Source: Candidatus Komeilibacteria bacterium RIFOXYD1_FULL_37_29
GTDB taxonomy: Bacteria; Patescibacteriota; Patescibacteriia; UBA1558; GWA2-36-10
Direction: 5' to 3'
NCBI GenBank assembly: GCA_001818495.1
Contig: MHKS01000005.1
Location: 466,584-530,583 of the forward strand
DNA length: 64,000 nt
The position numbers and the translations under genes are program-made. The notes beneath the pieces were generated by a model. The model was not told the DNA's origin. It saw only the letters and a list, made by a program, of their open reading frames with translations, and made no database searches. This document shows positions 36,156 through 46,853 of the stretch, piece after piece. Position 1 is the stretch's first letter. The number at the start of each line of letters is the position of its first letter.

Positions 36156-36254
36156 ATGAATAAAAAAACTCAAAAAATAATCCTCATACTGATATCCATC
36201 TTCGTAATCCTATCAATGGTTTTATGGACAATGGGCAGTACTTACGGCTACTAA
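36156..36254 (+). CDS. Small single-pass membrane protein, 32 aa (not in the ORF track)
   Basis: ATG..TAA reads MNKKTQKIILILISIFVILSMVLWTMGSTYGY; it fills the gap exactly; TGcTAAAAT upstream. Confidence 0.7.
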   Translation: MNKKTQKIILILISIFVILSMVLWTMGSTYGY

Positions 36255-38023
36255 GAATCTTTTCTTAAAACGGCCAAATAAGCCTCTTGTGGTATTTCTA
36301 CTTTTCCACCTTGCGCCATGCGCTTTTTGCCCTTTTTTTGTTTCTCTAAAAGTTTTCTTTTACGAGTCACATCTCCACCGTACAATTTAGCTGTAACATC
36401 TTTACGAAGAGCTGAAAGTTTTTCTCCAGCTATTATTTTACCGCCCACAGCGGCTTGTAATTTCAAAACAAATTGCTGTTTAGGCAAAACCTCCTTCAAT
36501 TTATTAACAATCCGCTTGCCGACTTTATGAGCTTCATCTTTATAAACTAAACTAGTGAGAGCCTCTACTATATTTTCAGCTACCAAAATGTCCATTTTGA
36601 CTATGTCACACTCTCGATAATCGGCAAAATCATAATTTAGTGAAGCATAACCAGAAGATATACTTTTTATATTATCGTAAAAATCTACCAAAATTGAAGC
36701 CAAAGGAATGTCAAAACGAAGTATCATGCGAGTATCATTGATATATTCGGTATCTTTGGGTATGCCCCTTTGTGATATTACATATTCCATTAGCCCACCC
36801 ATATGTTCTTTAGGAGTAATAACTTCAATATGCATATAAGGCTCTTCAATATGATGAATCTTGGTAACATCAGGCATCTCCGCTGGAGTAGTCAAAACTT
36901 CTTTATCGCCGTTATTTAGATAAATATTATAAGCAACAGTCGGCGTAGTCACAATCAATTTTAAATTAAATTCTCGACTGATCCTCTCTTGAAAAATTTC
37001 CAAATGTAATAGCCCCAAAAAACCACAACGAAAACCAAAACCCAAAGCGGGAGAACTGGCCGGCTCAAAAATCAAGCTAGCATCACTTAATTTTAATTTG
37101 AGTATGGCCTCTCTTAATTTCTGATATTCGCTGCCCTCCTGGGGAAATATTCCGGCATAAACCATGGGCTTTATCTGCTTATAGCCAGCCAAGGCCTTGG
37201 TCGTCCGATCAGCAAAAATAATAGTATCGCCGACTTGGGCTTTTTCTAGATTTCTTACGCTGGTAATCAAATAACCAATCTCACCGTTTTTTAATCCACC
37301 AGAGCTGACCCAATGAGGCTTGAAATAGCCAACATCCAATACCTCGGTTGGTTCATTGCTGGCCACAAATCTTATTTTGTCGCCTTTTTTTATTTGTCCA
37401 CCAAAAACTCTGATATAGATTACCACTCCTCTAAACTCATCATAGGTGGAATCAAAAACCAGAGCTTGCAAATCATCTGATATTTTTTGCGGCGCTTTGA
37501 CTCTCTCTACTATAGCATCTAAAACCTGAGCCACACCTTGCCCAGTTTTAGCGGAAACAGACAATATCTCCTCGGCCTGACAACCCAATAAATTTATAAT
37601 TTCCCGACTGACTTTTTCTACATCAGCCGCTGGCAAATCAATTTTATTAATAACTGGTATAATGTCTAGATTCTGTTCTAAAGCCAAATAAAGATTGGCC
37701 AAAGTTTGAGCTTCGATACCCTGAGTCGCATCTACTAAAAGTAGAGCTCCTTCTACAGCAGCCAAAGATCTAGAAACTTCATAACTAAAATCAACGTGGC
37801 CGGGAGTATCAATTAAATTTAAAATTTTACCAGCCCAATCCATTCTGGCCGGCTGTAATTTGATAGTAATTCCCCTTTCCCTTTCCAAATCCATTTGATC
37901 TAGCATCTGATCTTTCATCTTACGTTTTTCCACCGTACCAGTAATTTCCAACATGCGATCAGCTAAAGTAGATTTACCATGATCGATATGAGCAATAATA
38001 CAAAAATTTCTAATTTCTTCCAT
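36251..38023 (-). CDS. lepA: Elongation factor 4 (LepA)
   Basis: IRNFCIIAHIDHGKSTLADR, DTPGHVDF, GFRCGFLGLLH, RKDVTAKLYGGD; start placed at MEEIR. Confidence 0.98.
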   Translation of the reverse strand: MEEIRNFCIIAHIDHGKSTLADRMLEITGTVEKRKMKDQMLDQMDLERERGITIKLQPARMDWAGKILNLIDTPGHVDFSYEVSRSLAAVEGALLLVDATQGIEAQTLANLYLALEQNLDIIPVINKIDLPAADVEKVSREIINLLGCQAEEILSVSAKTGQGVAQVLDAIVERVKAPQKISDDLQALVFDSTYDEFRGVVIYIRVFGGQIKKGDKIRFVASNEPTEVLDVGYFKPHWVSSGGLKNGEIGYLITSVRNLEKAQVGDTIIFADRTTKALAGYKQIKPMVYAGIFPQEGSEYQKLREAILKLKLSDASLIFEPASSPALGFGFRCGFLGLLHLEIFQERISREFNLKLIVTTPTVAYNIYLNNGDKEVLTTPAEMPDVTKIHHIEEPYMHIEVITPKEHMGGLMEYVISQRGIPKDTEYINDTRMILRFDIPLASILVDFYDNIKSISSGYASLNYDFADYRECDIVKMDILVAENIVEALTSLVYKDEAHKVGKRIVNKLKEVLPKQQFVLKLQAAVGGKIIAGEKLSALRKDVTAKLYGGDVTRKRKLLEKQKKGKKRMAQGGKVEIPQEAYLAVLRKDS

Positions 38024-39605
38024 TTTTAAATAATAATACAAATTTCTTAAGCATCACCTTAACAATATTAAGCTCGTCAAGTCTAAACACTATACCTAAA
38101 AGCAGATAGCTTAGCAAGCCAACTAGCCCAGCCAGACCACCTTGGATAAATATACCCAAAAATGTCTGCATATCCACTACCTCAGCCAAAATTTGCAAAA
38201 CACCATAAGCGACTGCTCCGGCTAAGATAGAATTAAAAGAAATTTTTAAAATAGAATTGACAATCAAACTATCCCCTATATCCCGAACCTTGAAATGTAA
38301 GAAAATATATAAGAGCAGCATATTAATAATACTAGAAATAGAAAAAGCTAGAGCTAGACCAAAAACTCCCAAAGAATCTGAGAACTGCCAAGATAAAATG
38401 ATATTTATAATAATACTAATGATACTAATAATCATCGGCGTTTTGGTATCCTCATAAGCATAAAAAGAACGCCCCAAAAGTGGTATCAATCCTTGAGCAA
38501 AAATAGAAATGGCAAAAATACCCAAACTCTGAGCAGTTTGATAAGTGTTGTCCCAGTTAAAAGCTCCCGTACCCAAAATTACTCGAACAATCTGTGCTCG
38601 TAGTACTACAATTAAAACCGATATTGGAATCAACATAAACAATATCTTTCTCAAACTACTGGAAAAATTTTGGCTAAATAACTTGGAATTTTTCTCATTG
38701 ACCGCTTGCGTAAAAGTAGGAAATACAGCCACAGCCAAAGAAACTGCAAATAAAGATACGGGCAAACTTTGAATATTATTGGCATAATTAAAAACTGAAA
38801 TACTACCGACAGTCAGTGTCGAAGCAATCATAGTAATAATAACCAAATTAATCTGCCCAGCCGCTAAACCAATAGTGCGTGGTAACATCAACTTTAGTAT
38901 TTTCCTTAAATTATCATCAAACTTCAAGATAAATTTATAATGCCAACCATTTTTATAAACTTCTGGTAACTGCACCAACAAGTGCATAAGGGCTCCTAGT
39001 AATACTCCATAGGCCAAACCAATTAGACCAACTCGCGGATAAAAAAAGATAATGCCGATGATAATACCAATATTATAAAAACTAGCGGCCAAAGAAAAAC
39101 TAAAAAATCTTTTAAAAGAATTGAGTATTCCTCCAATCAAATTTGACGCTACAAAAAATAAAACCGACAAAAGCATTACCCTAGTCAATATAATTACCTG
39201 CTCAATCTGCCAAGCCTCAAAGCCCGGAGTGATCATAGGCATTAGTTGGGGCGTAAAAATAAAAAATATAACAATCAAAATTGTAATAAAAATCAAAAAT
39301 AAATTTAAAACTGAATTAGAAAGTTTTAAACCATCATCTTTATCTTTTAACCAGACTCTCTGAAATACCGGAATAAAAGCTGACGTTAAGGCGCCTAAAA
39401 CTAAAGTGTTAAATATCAAATCCGGCAAACGAAAAGCTGAATAATAAATATCGGACAACTGGCCAGCCGCAAAATTGTGAGCTATCAGTCTTTCCCGAAG
39501 CAAAGCAAATATCTTGGCCAATAAAGAAAAAAAGGTGATAATCAAAGCACCTCCGGCAACACTGTTATTAATTTTATGCCAAATATTTTGCCACATCATC
39601 CTCAA
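38010..39605 (-). CDS. murJ: Lipid II flippase MurJ
   Basis: Multi-TM protein; RE..IA..F, AFRLPD, SAFIPVF, FYA.EDTKTP. Confidence 0.92.
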   Translation of the reverse strand: MRMMWQNIWHKINNSVAGGALIITFFSLLAKIFALLRERLIAHNFAAGQLSDIYYSAFRLPDLIFNTLVLGALTSAFIPVFQRVWLKDKDDGLKLSNSVLNLFLIFITILIVIFFIFTPQLMPMITPGFEAWQIEQVIILTRVMLLSVLFFVASNLIGGILNSFKRFFSFSLAASFYNIGIIIGIIFFYPRVGLIGLAYGVLLGALMHLLVQLPEVYKNGWHYKFILKFDDNLRKILKLMLPRTIGLAAGQINLVIITMIASTLTVGSISVFNYANNIQSLPVSLFAVSLAVAVFPTFTQAVNEKNSKLFSQNFSSSLRKILFMLIPISVLIVVLRAQIVRVILGTGAFNWDNTYQTAQSLGIFAISIFAQGLIPLLGRSFYAYEDTKTPMIISIISIIINIILSWQFSDSLGVFGLALAFSISSIINMLLLYIFLHFKVRDIGDSLIVNSILKISFNSILAGAVAYGVLQILAEVVDMQTFLGIFIQGGLAGLVGLLSYLLLGIVFRLDELNIVKVMLKKFVLLFKNGRN

Positions 39606-39607
39606 AA

Positions 39608-42064
39608 TTATTTATTTGCTAAAATAAAACCAAAATATTGGTCATGAGATAATTCTTTGGTATAGGTAAATAAATTATCAGTCACATTGACACTGTCTTT
39701 ATCAATAGCGTTGTTAAACACCAGTTTTACATTATCCGGAAAAATAACTGATGAATTAAACAAATTATTTTTAAAGCCGGATTGAGCCTGTATTACTAAA
39801 CTATAATTGTTGAGATTGACATCCCGCTTAAATAGTCTTTCCTGCCAGCTATTTACCAGTGGATCTCCAAAATCTAACTTAAACGGCAATTTATATTTTA
39901 TCAAAACAGTTTTTGTCTGACCGGGCGTAAGAGTCATCCAATTGGCAAAAACAGTTCGATCTAAAGAAGTAAAAATTTCTGTAGCCGAAGCATTGTCAAT
40001 CATCTTTATCTCTTCTTGAGCCAAATCTTTATCAATCTGAGCATTGTCATTTCCGGCAAAATAATTATCCGGAATTTTATCAAAACCAATTGCTTCAATA
40101 AATTCACTACCTAAAGGCGCATAGATCCTCAAATAACTAGCATTTCCCCCATAAATACCGGCAAATAGAGCCTCATCATCACTTTTATAGGCCCTAGTAA
40201 TTTTTATAGTATTAATGATTTCTCCGCTCGGAGATATTTGCGCCTGATGATCTATGGTTTGATAAATATTATTATCTGTCTTACCGCCAGCAATATTAGT
40301 AGCCACCACAGCCAAATAATCTTTATTATAATTTAAAGCCTGACCAGCCCAACCAAAATCTACCAAGGCTTTTTGTGTACTCTCATCTTCACTATAAATC
40401 TGTATATCTTTGGCCGCTAAGGTCTGAGCAAAAACCTTGACTATTTCTTTTTGTTTATCACCATTGGCTAACAATTTTTCCAAAACAATCGGCACCAAGT
40501 CAGCGATAATAGCTTTGGGCTGATTTGATTCTTTATCATAATTTAGCTCCACTTCTTCTTGTAAAACAGAAAAAATATTATCAGCCGTGATAGTCACGCC
40601 ATACTCTTCTAGAGTGACTGGACCTAAAACAGCTAAAAGCTCTGACAAAACATTGGCATTGATGGCTATTACTCCGTCTAGAGAAGTAGCTCCCGCTTGT
40701 TGATAAAACCAAATTATTTTTTTGGCTGAAGTAGGAAAATCATACCACCAATTAGCGTCCCAAATATTAAACTCGGAATTAATCAAAGAAAGCGCCTGAG
40801 GAGCCTTGAGAGCAACTTTCTGTCCGGCCTCCAAATCATATAGACCGCCGGTGGGAATTTCTAAATTAACAATTTTACCATGATAAACATCAAATAAAGC
40901 AAAGCTACCAATAAAACCGCCGGTGGCTCTTATTTCATTGTTGTTTTGAAAAAGCACAACATATCTTTTCTCACTGCTGTGACCTAGCAAATCAGCTGAC
41001 AAAGCAAATACGCTGTTTAATTCTTTGAGATTTTCAATGGTGGCTGGTAGATAATTTTTTAAACCATCAAAATATTCTCTAAAATTATCCGGCAATAAAT
41101 TGGTAGAAATATCCTGTAAATCACGATTAGCCGCTTCGAGATAAGGCAGGGTCTCTTCTATTTGCCCATTGATCAAAACTATATACTCTGTCGGATCGCC
41201 ATTATTTTGTAAAGTTTGATTGAGCACAGTGGCTGCTTCAGAAATATTGGTAGCTACCGACAGCATGTTTCTACTCAGAGATATCGGTTTGCCAACAACC
41301 GGCATCAATCCAGCGGCATTGAGCATCCACTTTTGATATTCATCTAAAACACCCTGCGCTTGAGAAAAATTATCTAAAGCATTTTCAAAATCAACTTGAG
41401 CTGCTTGATAGGAATTTTCCGAAGCTGATATTACACCCGATTTTAAACTTAGGAGTCCTTCTTGACCAAAATCAAAGATCTTACCTTTGTCGGCATTAAT
41501 TTGACCAAATAACACCACGGCCCTAATAGGAAATAAAATAACCGCTAATATTAAAGCAAAAATCATGGCTTTACCTAAAGCCAGATTAAAATTCAACTTT
41601 GGTGCTGGGCGAAAATTTTGCTCCTTTTCCGTTACTTCCTCTACTACGCGATCAACCTGTCTATTTTTTAGCTCCCTAGACCAATTTTCAAAAGAATTTT
41701 TATATTTAGTAAATCTACTCTTTTTTGGCGGTTTGGTTTTTTCCTCCAAGGCTTTTTTTAAGTCCAAAACATGAGTCGACCCTCTATAATCGTTTTTAAA
41801 TTCTAAACGATGAATAGTTGGGGACGTTTCTTTGGCTTCAATTTTTTCCTCTACCTTTGTTTTGAGATCATTTTTAATAGTATGAAGAATTTGAGAATAG
41901 GATAAATCCTGTTTAATTAATTTATCTAACTCAGCCAAAGCCTTCTTTTTTTCTTCTTTGACAACTTCTGTACTAAAATCATTGCCCAATAAAAATTGAT
42001 CTAGATCTTCTACTAAATCTTTTTTTAAATCTGTTAAATTTATTTTCTGTTTTTGATCACTCAT
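39608..42064 (-). CDS. DUF4012-like membrane-anchored extracellular protein
   Basis: One TM; YVVLFQNNNEIRATGGFIGS, DANW..DFPTSA, DGVIAI, N..GGKT. Confidence 0.85.
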   Translation of the reverse strand: MSDQKQKINLTDLKKDLVEDLDQFLLGNDFSTEVVKEEKKKALAELDKLIKQDLSYSQILHTIKNDLKTKVEEKIEAKETSPTIHRLEFKNDYRGSTHVLDLKKALEEKTKPPKKSRFTKYKNSFENWSRELKNRQVDRVVEEVTEKEQNFRPAPKLNFNLALGKAMIFALILAVILFPIRAVVLFGQINADKGKIFDFGQEGLLSLKSGVISASENSYQAAQVDFENALDNFSQAQGVLDEYQKWMLNAAGLMPVVGKPISLSRNMLSVATNISEAATVLNQTLQNNGDPTEYIVLINGQIEETLPYLEAANRDLQDISTNLLPDNFREYFDGLKNYLPATIENLKELNSVFALSADLLGHSSEKRYVVLFQNNNEIRATGGFIGSFALFDVYHGKIVNLEIPTGGLYDLEAGQKVALKAPQALSLINSEFNIWDANWWYDFPTSAKKIIWFYQQAGATSLDGVIAINANVLSELLAVLGPVTLEEYGVTITADNIFSVLQEEVELNYDKESNQPKAIIADLVPIVLEKLLANGDKQKEIVKVFAQTLAAKDIQIYSEDESTQKALVDFGWAGQALNYNKDYLAVVATNIAGGKTDNNIYQTIDHQAQISPSGEIINTIKITRAYKSDDEALFAGIYGGNASYLRIYAPLGSEFIEAIGFDKIPDNYFAGNDNAQIDKDLAQEEIKMIDNASATEIFTSLDRTVFANWMTLTPGQTKTVLIKYKLPFKLDFGDPLVNSWQERLFKRDVNLNNYSLVIQAQSGFKNNLFNSSVIFPDNVKLVFNNAIDKDSVNVTDNLFTYTKELSHDQYFGFILANK

Positions 42065-42080
42065 AGCTTGTCAGGATATA

Positions 42081-43172
42081 TTATACCAGAATTTTGTAAA
42101 TTTCCCAAGTCTCTTTAGCCATTTTCCTCCAAGAATATTTTTCAATTTGCTGATAGCCAAATTTAATCAATTGATCTCTTAAGTCAACATTAGTGATAAT
42201 TTCTGACATTTTTTTCTTTAAATCCTCTTGATCAATCGGATCAAAATAAAGAACGCTCTGCCCCAGTATTTCTGGTAAAGAAGAAGAATTACTGGACAAA
42301 ACCGGTAATCCATAGCTCATAGCCTCAAGTGGTGGTAAACCAAAACCTTCGTATAAAGAAGGAAAAACATAAGCTGTGGCTTTTTTGTAATAAGCCGGCA
42401 ATAGTTCATCTGGCACATAACCGGCAAAAACTACCTGAGAAAGCTTATTAGATTTTTCTAGTTCTTTATAAAAATAATTTTTATTGCCGACTAAGACCAA
42501 ATAATATTCCGGATACTTTTTTAAAAATTCACCAAATGTAGCTATTAAAAAATCTAAATTTTTATGGGGATAAGCATTACCGACATAAAGAAAATATTTT
42601 TGAGGCAACTGTGGTAATTGTTTGGTGTCTACTACTAGAGAAGAAATGCCCTCATAAACAATGGTAATTTTCTGAGCATCCTCCTGATTTAATTTGAAAT
42701 AATTTTTAATATCCTCGGCTGTAAATTTGGAAACAGCTATTATTTTCTTGGAACGTTTAATAGCATTTCTAATCACTGCCTGGTAAAGTAAATATTTTAC
42801 TTTAAATAAAATTGGGTTTAAGGTAGTCGCTCGACGACTAGGAAATTTGGTCATTATGAGATCATGGATAGTCACGACATACTTTCCATAATAAAAAAAT
42901 GGCACATTAAAATGGGTAAAATGAACCAAGTCCGGCTTGAGACGATAAAGCAACCAGGGCAAAACTATTTGCTCTTTGAGGCCATACCAATGACAACGGC
43001 AAATTTTAATTTGAAAATTTGGTGGCAAGTCAAGGTGAGGATCTTCTTCAAATAATAAAATATACTGATTATCTTGATCTATTTTTTTAAGTTCTGCTAA
43101 AAACTCCTGGTTATATCGGCCAAGACCGCCCGGTTTGGTGCCAAATATTCTAAAATCAATAACTATTTTCAT
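42081..43172 (-). CDS. Glycosyltransferase family 4
   Basis: GGLGRY, TIHDL, PHKN, FPSLYEGFGLPPLEAM. Confidence 0.93.
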   Translation of the reverse strand: MKIVIDFRIFGTKPGGLGRYNQEFLAELKKIDQDNQYILLFEEDPHLDLPPNFQIKICRCHWYGLKEQIVLPWLLYRLKPDLVHFTHFNVPFFYYGKYVVTIHDLIMTKFPSRRATTLNPILFKVKYLLYQAVIRNAIKRSKKIIAVSKFTAEDIKNYFKLNQEDAQKITIVYEGISSLVVDTKQLPQLPQKYFLYVGNAYPHKNLDFLIATFGEFLKKYPEYYLVLVGNKNYFYKELEKSNKLSQVVFAGYVPDELLPAYYKKATAYVFPSLYEGFGLPPLEAMSYGLPVLSSNSSSLPEILGQSVLYFDPIDQEDLKKKMSEIITNVDLRDQLIKFGYQQIEKYSWRKMAKETWEIYKILV

Positions 43173-44290
43173 TTTTTATATTGATTAAATATAGCCAAAA
43201 TCTTTTGTGTTTGCTCTGACCACTGAGGTAAAGCAAAACTATCGGCCGATTTGGCCAGTTGTTCTTTCAATTTTTTATCCTCAGTCAAAAATTTTAAACT
43301 TTGGTAAATATCAGAAATATTATAAGGATCAACATATAAAGCTTGCTGCTTACCTATTTCTGGTAAAGATGTTTTATAGCTTATAATTACTGGCTTTTTG
43401 TGAGCAATGGCCTCGAGTGGCGGAAAACCAAAGCCCTCATAAAAAGATGGCCAAATCAAGCCCTGACTCAAAAAATAAAGAGCATCTTTGAGCGGACTAG
43501 CCACATAATCCAGATAATGAACAAAGCTACGTTCTTTGATATATTTTAGCACATTATTATAGATCCAACCCCGTGAGCCCACTATCAGTAGATGAACATC
43601 AGGATATTCTCTATGATATTTGTCAAAAGCCTTGATGATGCTGATTATATTTTTACGAGGCTCTAAAGTACCAACGTAGATGAAAAATTTTTCTGGCAAA
43701 GCCAATTTAGAAACCAAGGAAGTAGCCAGCTCTTTATTCATCGGTCTATAATCAATCCCTGGATAAATAATACTAATTTTATCCTCTGGCAAAGAAAAAA
43801 ATCTCATCAAATCTCTTTTGGTATTTTCTGAAACTGTAATAATATGGCTGGCGGCGCTAGTCAATTTTTCTACACCCACCAACTTGTGCCAATATCGTCT
43901 TTTTAAAGAATAAAACTCCCGACTGTGTAAAAATGATAAATCGTGAACCGTCAAAATAGTTGGACACTTTTTGGTGGGGCTAAAAAAATTTATATTTGGC
44001 ATCCAAAAAAGATCAATCTCTTCAAAAAACTTATCAAAAATATTTGACCTAAACCCAGTGATTAATTTTAAATTCAATAATTTATTAGAAATCGGAATAT
44101 GAATACGTTGAACATTTCTTTGATTAAAATCTACCGCTTCATACAAATCCTTATTTAATCCCGTGCTAAATAAATAATATTGATTTTGATTATCCGTTTT
44201 TAAAATATTTAAAATAGAATGAAAAACATACTTACCGATGCCGGTCCAATTTTTATTACCCAAAGCTCTGATATCAATGCCTATGTTCAT
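43169..44290 (-). CDS. Glycosyltransferase family 4
   Basis: TGIGKY, TVHDL, GTLEPRKN, PSFYEGFGFPPLEA. Confidence 0.93.
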   Translation of the reverse strand: MNIGIDIRALGNKNWTGIGKYVFHSILNILKTDNQNQYYLFSTGLNKDLYEAVDFNQRNVQRIHIPISNKLLNLKLITGFRSNIFDKFFEEIDLFWMPNINFFSPTKKCPTILTVHDLSFLHSREFYSLKRRYWHKLVGVEKLTSAASHIITVSENTKRDLMRFFSLPEDKISIIYPGIDYRPMNKELATSLVSKLALPEKFFIYVGTLEPRKNIISIIKAFDKYHREYPDVHLLIVGSRGWIYNNVLKYIKERSFVHYLDYVASPLKDALYFLSQGLIWPSFYEGFGFPPLEAIAHKKPVIISYKTSLPEIGKQQALYVDPYNISDIYQSLKFLTEDKKLKEQLAKSADSFALPQWSEQTQKILAIFNQYKK

Positions 44291-45384
44291 ATAGATTCAA
44301 TAAAATCAACCATTTTCTGTTTAAATTTGTCTTCACCAAAATTTTTAGCATGTTCTCTGATCAGTTGAGGATTGAACTTTGTAGGATCAAATCTTAAAAT
44401 CTTATGCGCCAAAGACTCCCAAGTTTGTTCTGAAAAAAATACCCCCGTCTGACCATCAATAATAGCTTCGCGTACACCACCACCAGAATAAGCTATCACT
44501 GGCCGACCAGAAGCCATAGCTTCTAAGGCCGTAATGCCAAAATCTTCAATCTGTGGGTAAATAAAAGCCTTACAACGAGCTAAATAATAATTTCTTTCTT
44601 CATCCGATAATTCGCCTAAAAATTCTATATTGGGATAAGCCATTTTTTTTAATCTTCTCAGCTCAGAACCATCGCCAATAATTTTAAGTGGCAATTTCAG
44701 ATTATTAAAAGCCTTGATAGCTAAATCTACTTTTTTATAAGGTCTAAGACGAGAAACAATCAAATAATAATCGCCTATTTCATCGGCTAAATGAAAATCT
44801 TCTACCTTAACTGGCGGATGAATAACTACTGCCTCTTTTTTGTAATGTTTTTTAATTTTATCAGCTATAAATTTGGAGTTAGCAATGAAATAATTTACCT
44901 CTTGGGCCTTATAGAAATCCCAATTTTGTAACTTATTTAATACCCTCGGTAAAAATACTTTTAGTAACCTGCCTTCCGGTAAATTACCTATATATTCTTC
45001 TTGATCGTCCCACAAATATCTAGTGGGTGCATGACAATAACAAATATGAATATTGTTATGCCCCGTTTTCACACCTTTTACAAAACCAGAAGAAGAAGAA
45101 ATAACCAGCTCATAAGAGCTTAAATCTGTTTTTTCCCAAGCACCAGGCATTAGTATTAAAAAATATTTAAAAAATCTAATGATGCCGGGAATCTTTTGCA
45201 AATATGAAGTAACGATATTTTTCTGATTCAATAAATTTTTGGTAATTTTTGGATTATTTATTAAAGTAAAAATCGGCGCCTGCGGATCTAAGCTAGATAA
45301 AGCTATTAGAACCTTTTCAGCGCCACCTATTTGAAATAAATGATCATGAGCAAAAGCAATTTTTTTCATATTACCACTAATCAC
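44287..45384 (-). CDS. Glycosyltransferase family 4
   Basis: GGAEKV, YCHAPTRYLW, SRLRPYK, EDFGITALEAMASG; the true start may be the MKKIA a few codons in. Confidence 0.92.
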   Translation of the reverse strand: MISGNMKKIAFAHDHLFQIGGAEKVLIALSSLDPQAPIFTLINNPKITKNLLNQKNIVTSYLQKIPGIIRFFKYFLILMPGAWEKTDLSSYELVISSSSGFVKGVKTGHNNIHICYCHAPTRYLWDDQEEYIGNLPEGRLLKVFLPRVLNKLQNWDFYKAQEVNYFIANSKFIADKIKKHYKKEAVVIHPPVKVEDFHLADEIGDYYLIVSRLRPYKKVDLAIKAFNNLKLPLKIIGDGSELRRLKKMAYPNIEFLGELSDEERNYYLARCKAFIYPQIEDFGITALEAMASGRPVIAYSGGGVREAIIDGQTGVFFSEQTWESLAHKILRFDPTKFNPQLIREHAKNFGEDKFKQKMVDFIESI

Positions 45385-46759
45385 CTCTAATTACCGCTAT
45401 AGGCGTCTTCAATAAAATGATTAAATCTAATAAAATAGACCAATTTTCAATATAAAACACATCCAGCTTAGCTTCTTCGCTAAAAGCTAAATTGGCTCGT
45501 CCAGACACTTGAGCCATGCCAGTAATCCCCGGTTTAATCGATAATAATTTTTTATAACCTCTTTGATATTTATCCACTTCTTCTGGCTCATGCGGCCTGG
45601 GGCCAACTAAACTCATAGTGCCCAACAAAACATTAACCAGCTGTGGCAACTCATCAATACTACTACGTCTTAAAAATTTACCAACTTTTGTCACTCGTGG
45701 GTCATCTTTCATCTTAAATAATGGCCCATCAGATCTTTCATTATATTTGAGTACCTCCGCTTTCATCTTATGAGCGCCCTTAATCATAGAACGAAATTTA
45801 TACATTTTAAATAATCGTCCCCTGGCACCAACCCGCTCCAATCTGACAAAAATTGGTCCCTTAGAATTAAGTTTGATAACTAGAGATACAATAATAAAAA
45901 TCGGCAGCAACAATAACAACAGCCAGCCAGATATAAAAATATCAAAAATTCTTTTATACACCCGTCGCCAACCGTCTAAAGGTGTCCCCTGTATTTCTAC
46001 AATCGGCACACCGGCTATAGAATTCATATTTAAGTGTAAACTCTGTGTTTGAAAAAGACTGGCTGCATATTTTAAATCCAGATGGTTTTCTTGACAATAA
46101 GTCAAAAGGTTTAAGGCCTGATCTTTGTCAATGTTAGAATCTGTTTGAATAATAGCATCAATTTTTTTAAACTTTATTTTTTCTTTGATCTCATAAGAAT
46201 TTTCCAAATCCGCTAGACTGGCAAATTCAGCGGCTATCTCAAAACCCATCTGTCGATTATTGTTATAAGTATCAACAATTATTTTTCTACTATCTGCCGT
46301 ACCAATAACAATAATTTTAGAAAGGCCATATCCCCTTTTTAAAAAATAATTTCTAATCAAAAATACTATCACGCGGGATATAAATAAATAAATAATAATA
46401 ATAATCCAGGAAAATATTATAATAAAACGAGAAGAAAATAATTCTCTTTGCCAAAAAATAGCCAAAACAACAATAACGCCCATTGTGGAAACCCCAGTAA
46501 CTATTTTGGTAAGTTCTCTAGCCAATTTTTTGTCTTGCATAGCATAAAAACCATTAAAAGCAAAAACTATAACGGCCAAAACTGCCATTTCCAAAGCTAG
46601 ATTAACGAAATCAGAAAAAGGCATTTCATAAAATACCGGTCTAATCTCTTCGATAGACTCGGAAAATCTTAAAAAATAGGCCGACAAAGCACCTAAAAAG
46701 ACCACTATAAAATCAATAGGCACCAAGGCAATATTAACAATAAAATTGGCTTTTTTCAT
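45377..46759 (-). CDS. Priming undecaprenyl-phosphate sugar phosphotransferase (WcaJ/CpsE type)
   Basis: N-terminal TMs; KRIFDI, KFRSM, DDPRVT, SIDELPQL.NV..G.MSLVGPRP, KPGITG.AQV. Confidence 0.93.
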   Translation of the reverse strand: MKKANFIVNIALVPIDFIVVFLGALSAYFLRFSESIEEIRPVFYEMPFSDFVNLALEMAVLAVIVFAFNGFYAMQDKKLARELTKIVTGVSTMGVIVVLAIFWQRELFSSRFIIIFSWIIIIIYLFISRVIVFLIRNYFLKRGYGLSKIIVIGTADSRKIIVDTYNNNRQMGFEIAAEFASLADLENSYEIKEKIKFKKIDAIIQTDSNIDKDQALNLLTYCQENHLDLKYAASLFQTQSLHLNMNSIAGVPIVEIQGTPLDGWRRVYKRIFDIFISGWLLLLLLPIFIIVSLVIKLNSKGPIFVRLERVGARGRLFKMYKFRSMIKGAHKMKAEVLKYNERSDGPLFKMKDDPRVTKVGKFLRRSSIDELPQLVNVLLGTMSLVGPRPHEPEEVDKYQRGYKKLLSIKPGITGMAQVSGRANLAFSEEAKLDVFYIENWSILLDLIILLKTPIAVIRGD

Positions 46760-46816
46760 GATATAAATATCATATCATTTGCCCTATATTTAGTAAATAT
46801 ATTAAAATTACTACTA

Positions 46817-46847
46817 TTGACAAAATAAATAAAATCTGTTATATATT
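46817..46847 (+). promoter_or_regulatory. Promoter for rnpB
   Basis: TTGACA at 46817 followed by TGTTATATATT just upstream of the P1 helix. Confidence 0.6.
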
Positions 46848-46853
46848 AGCTAC

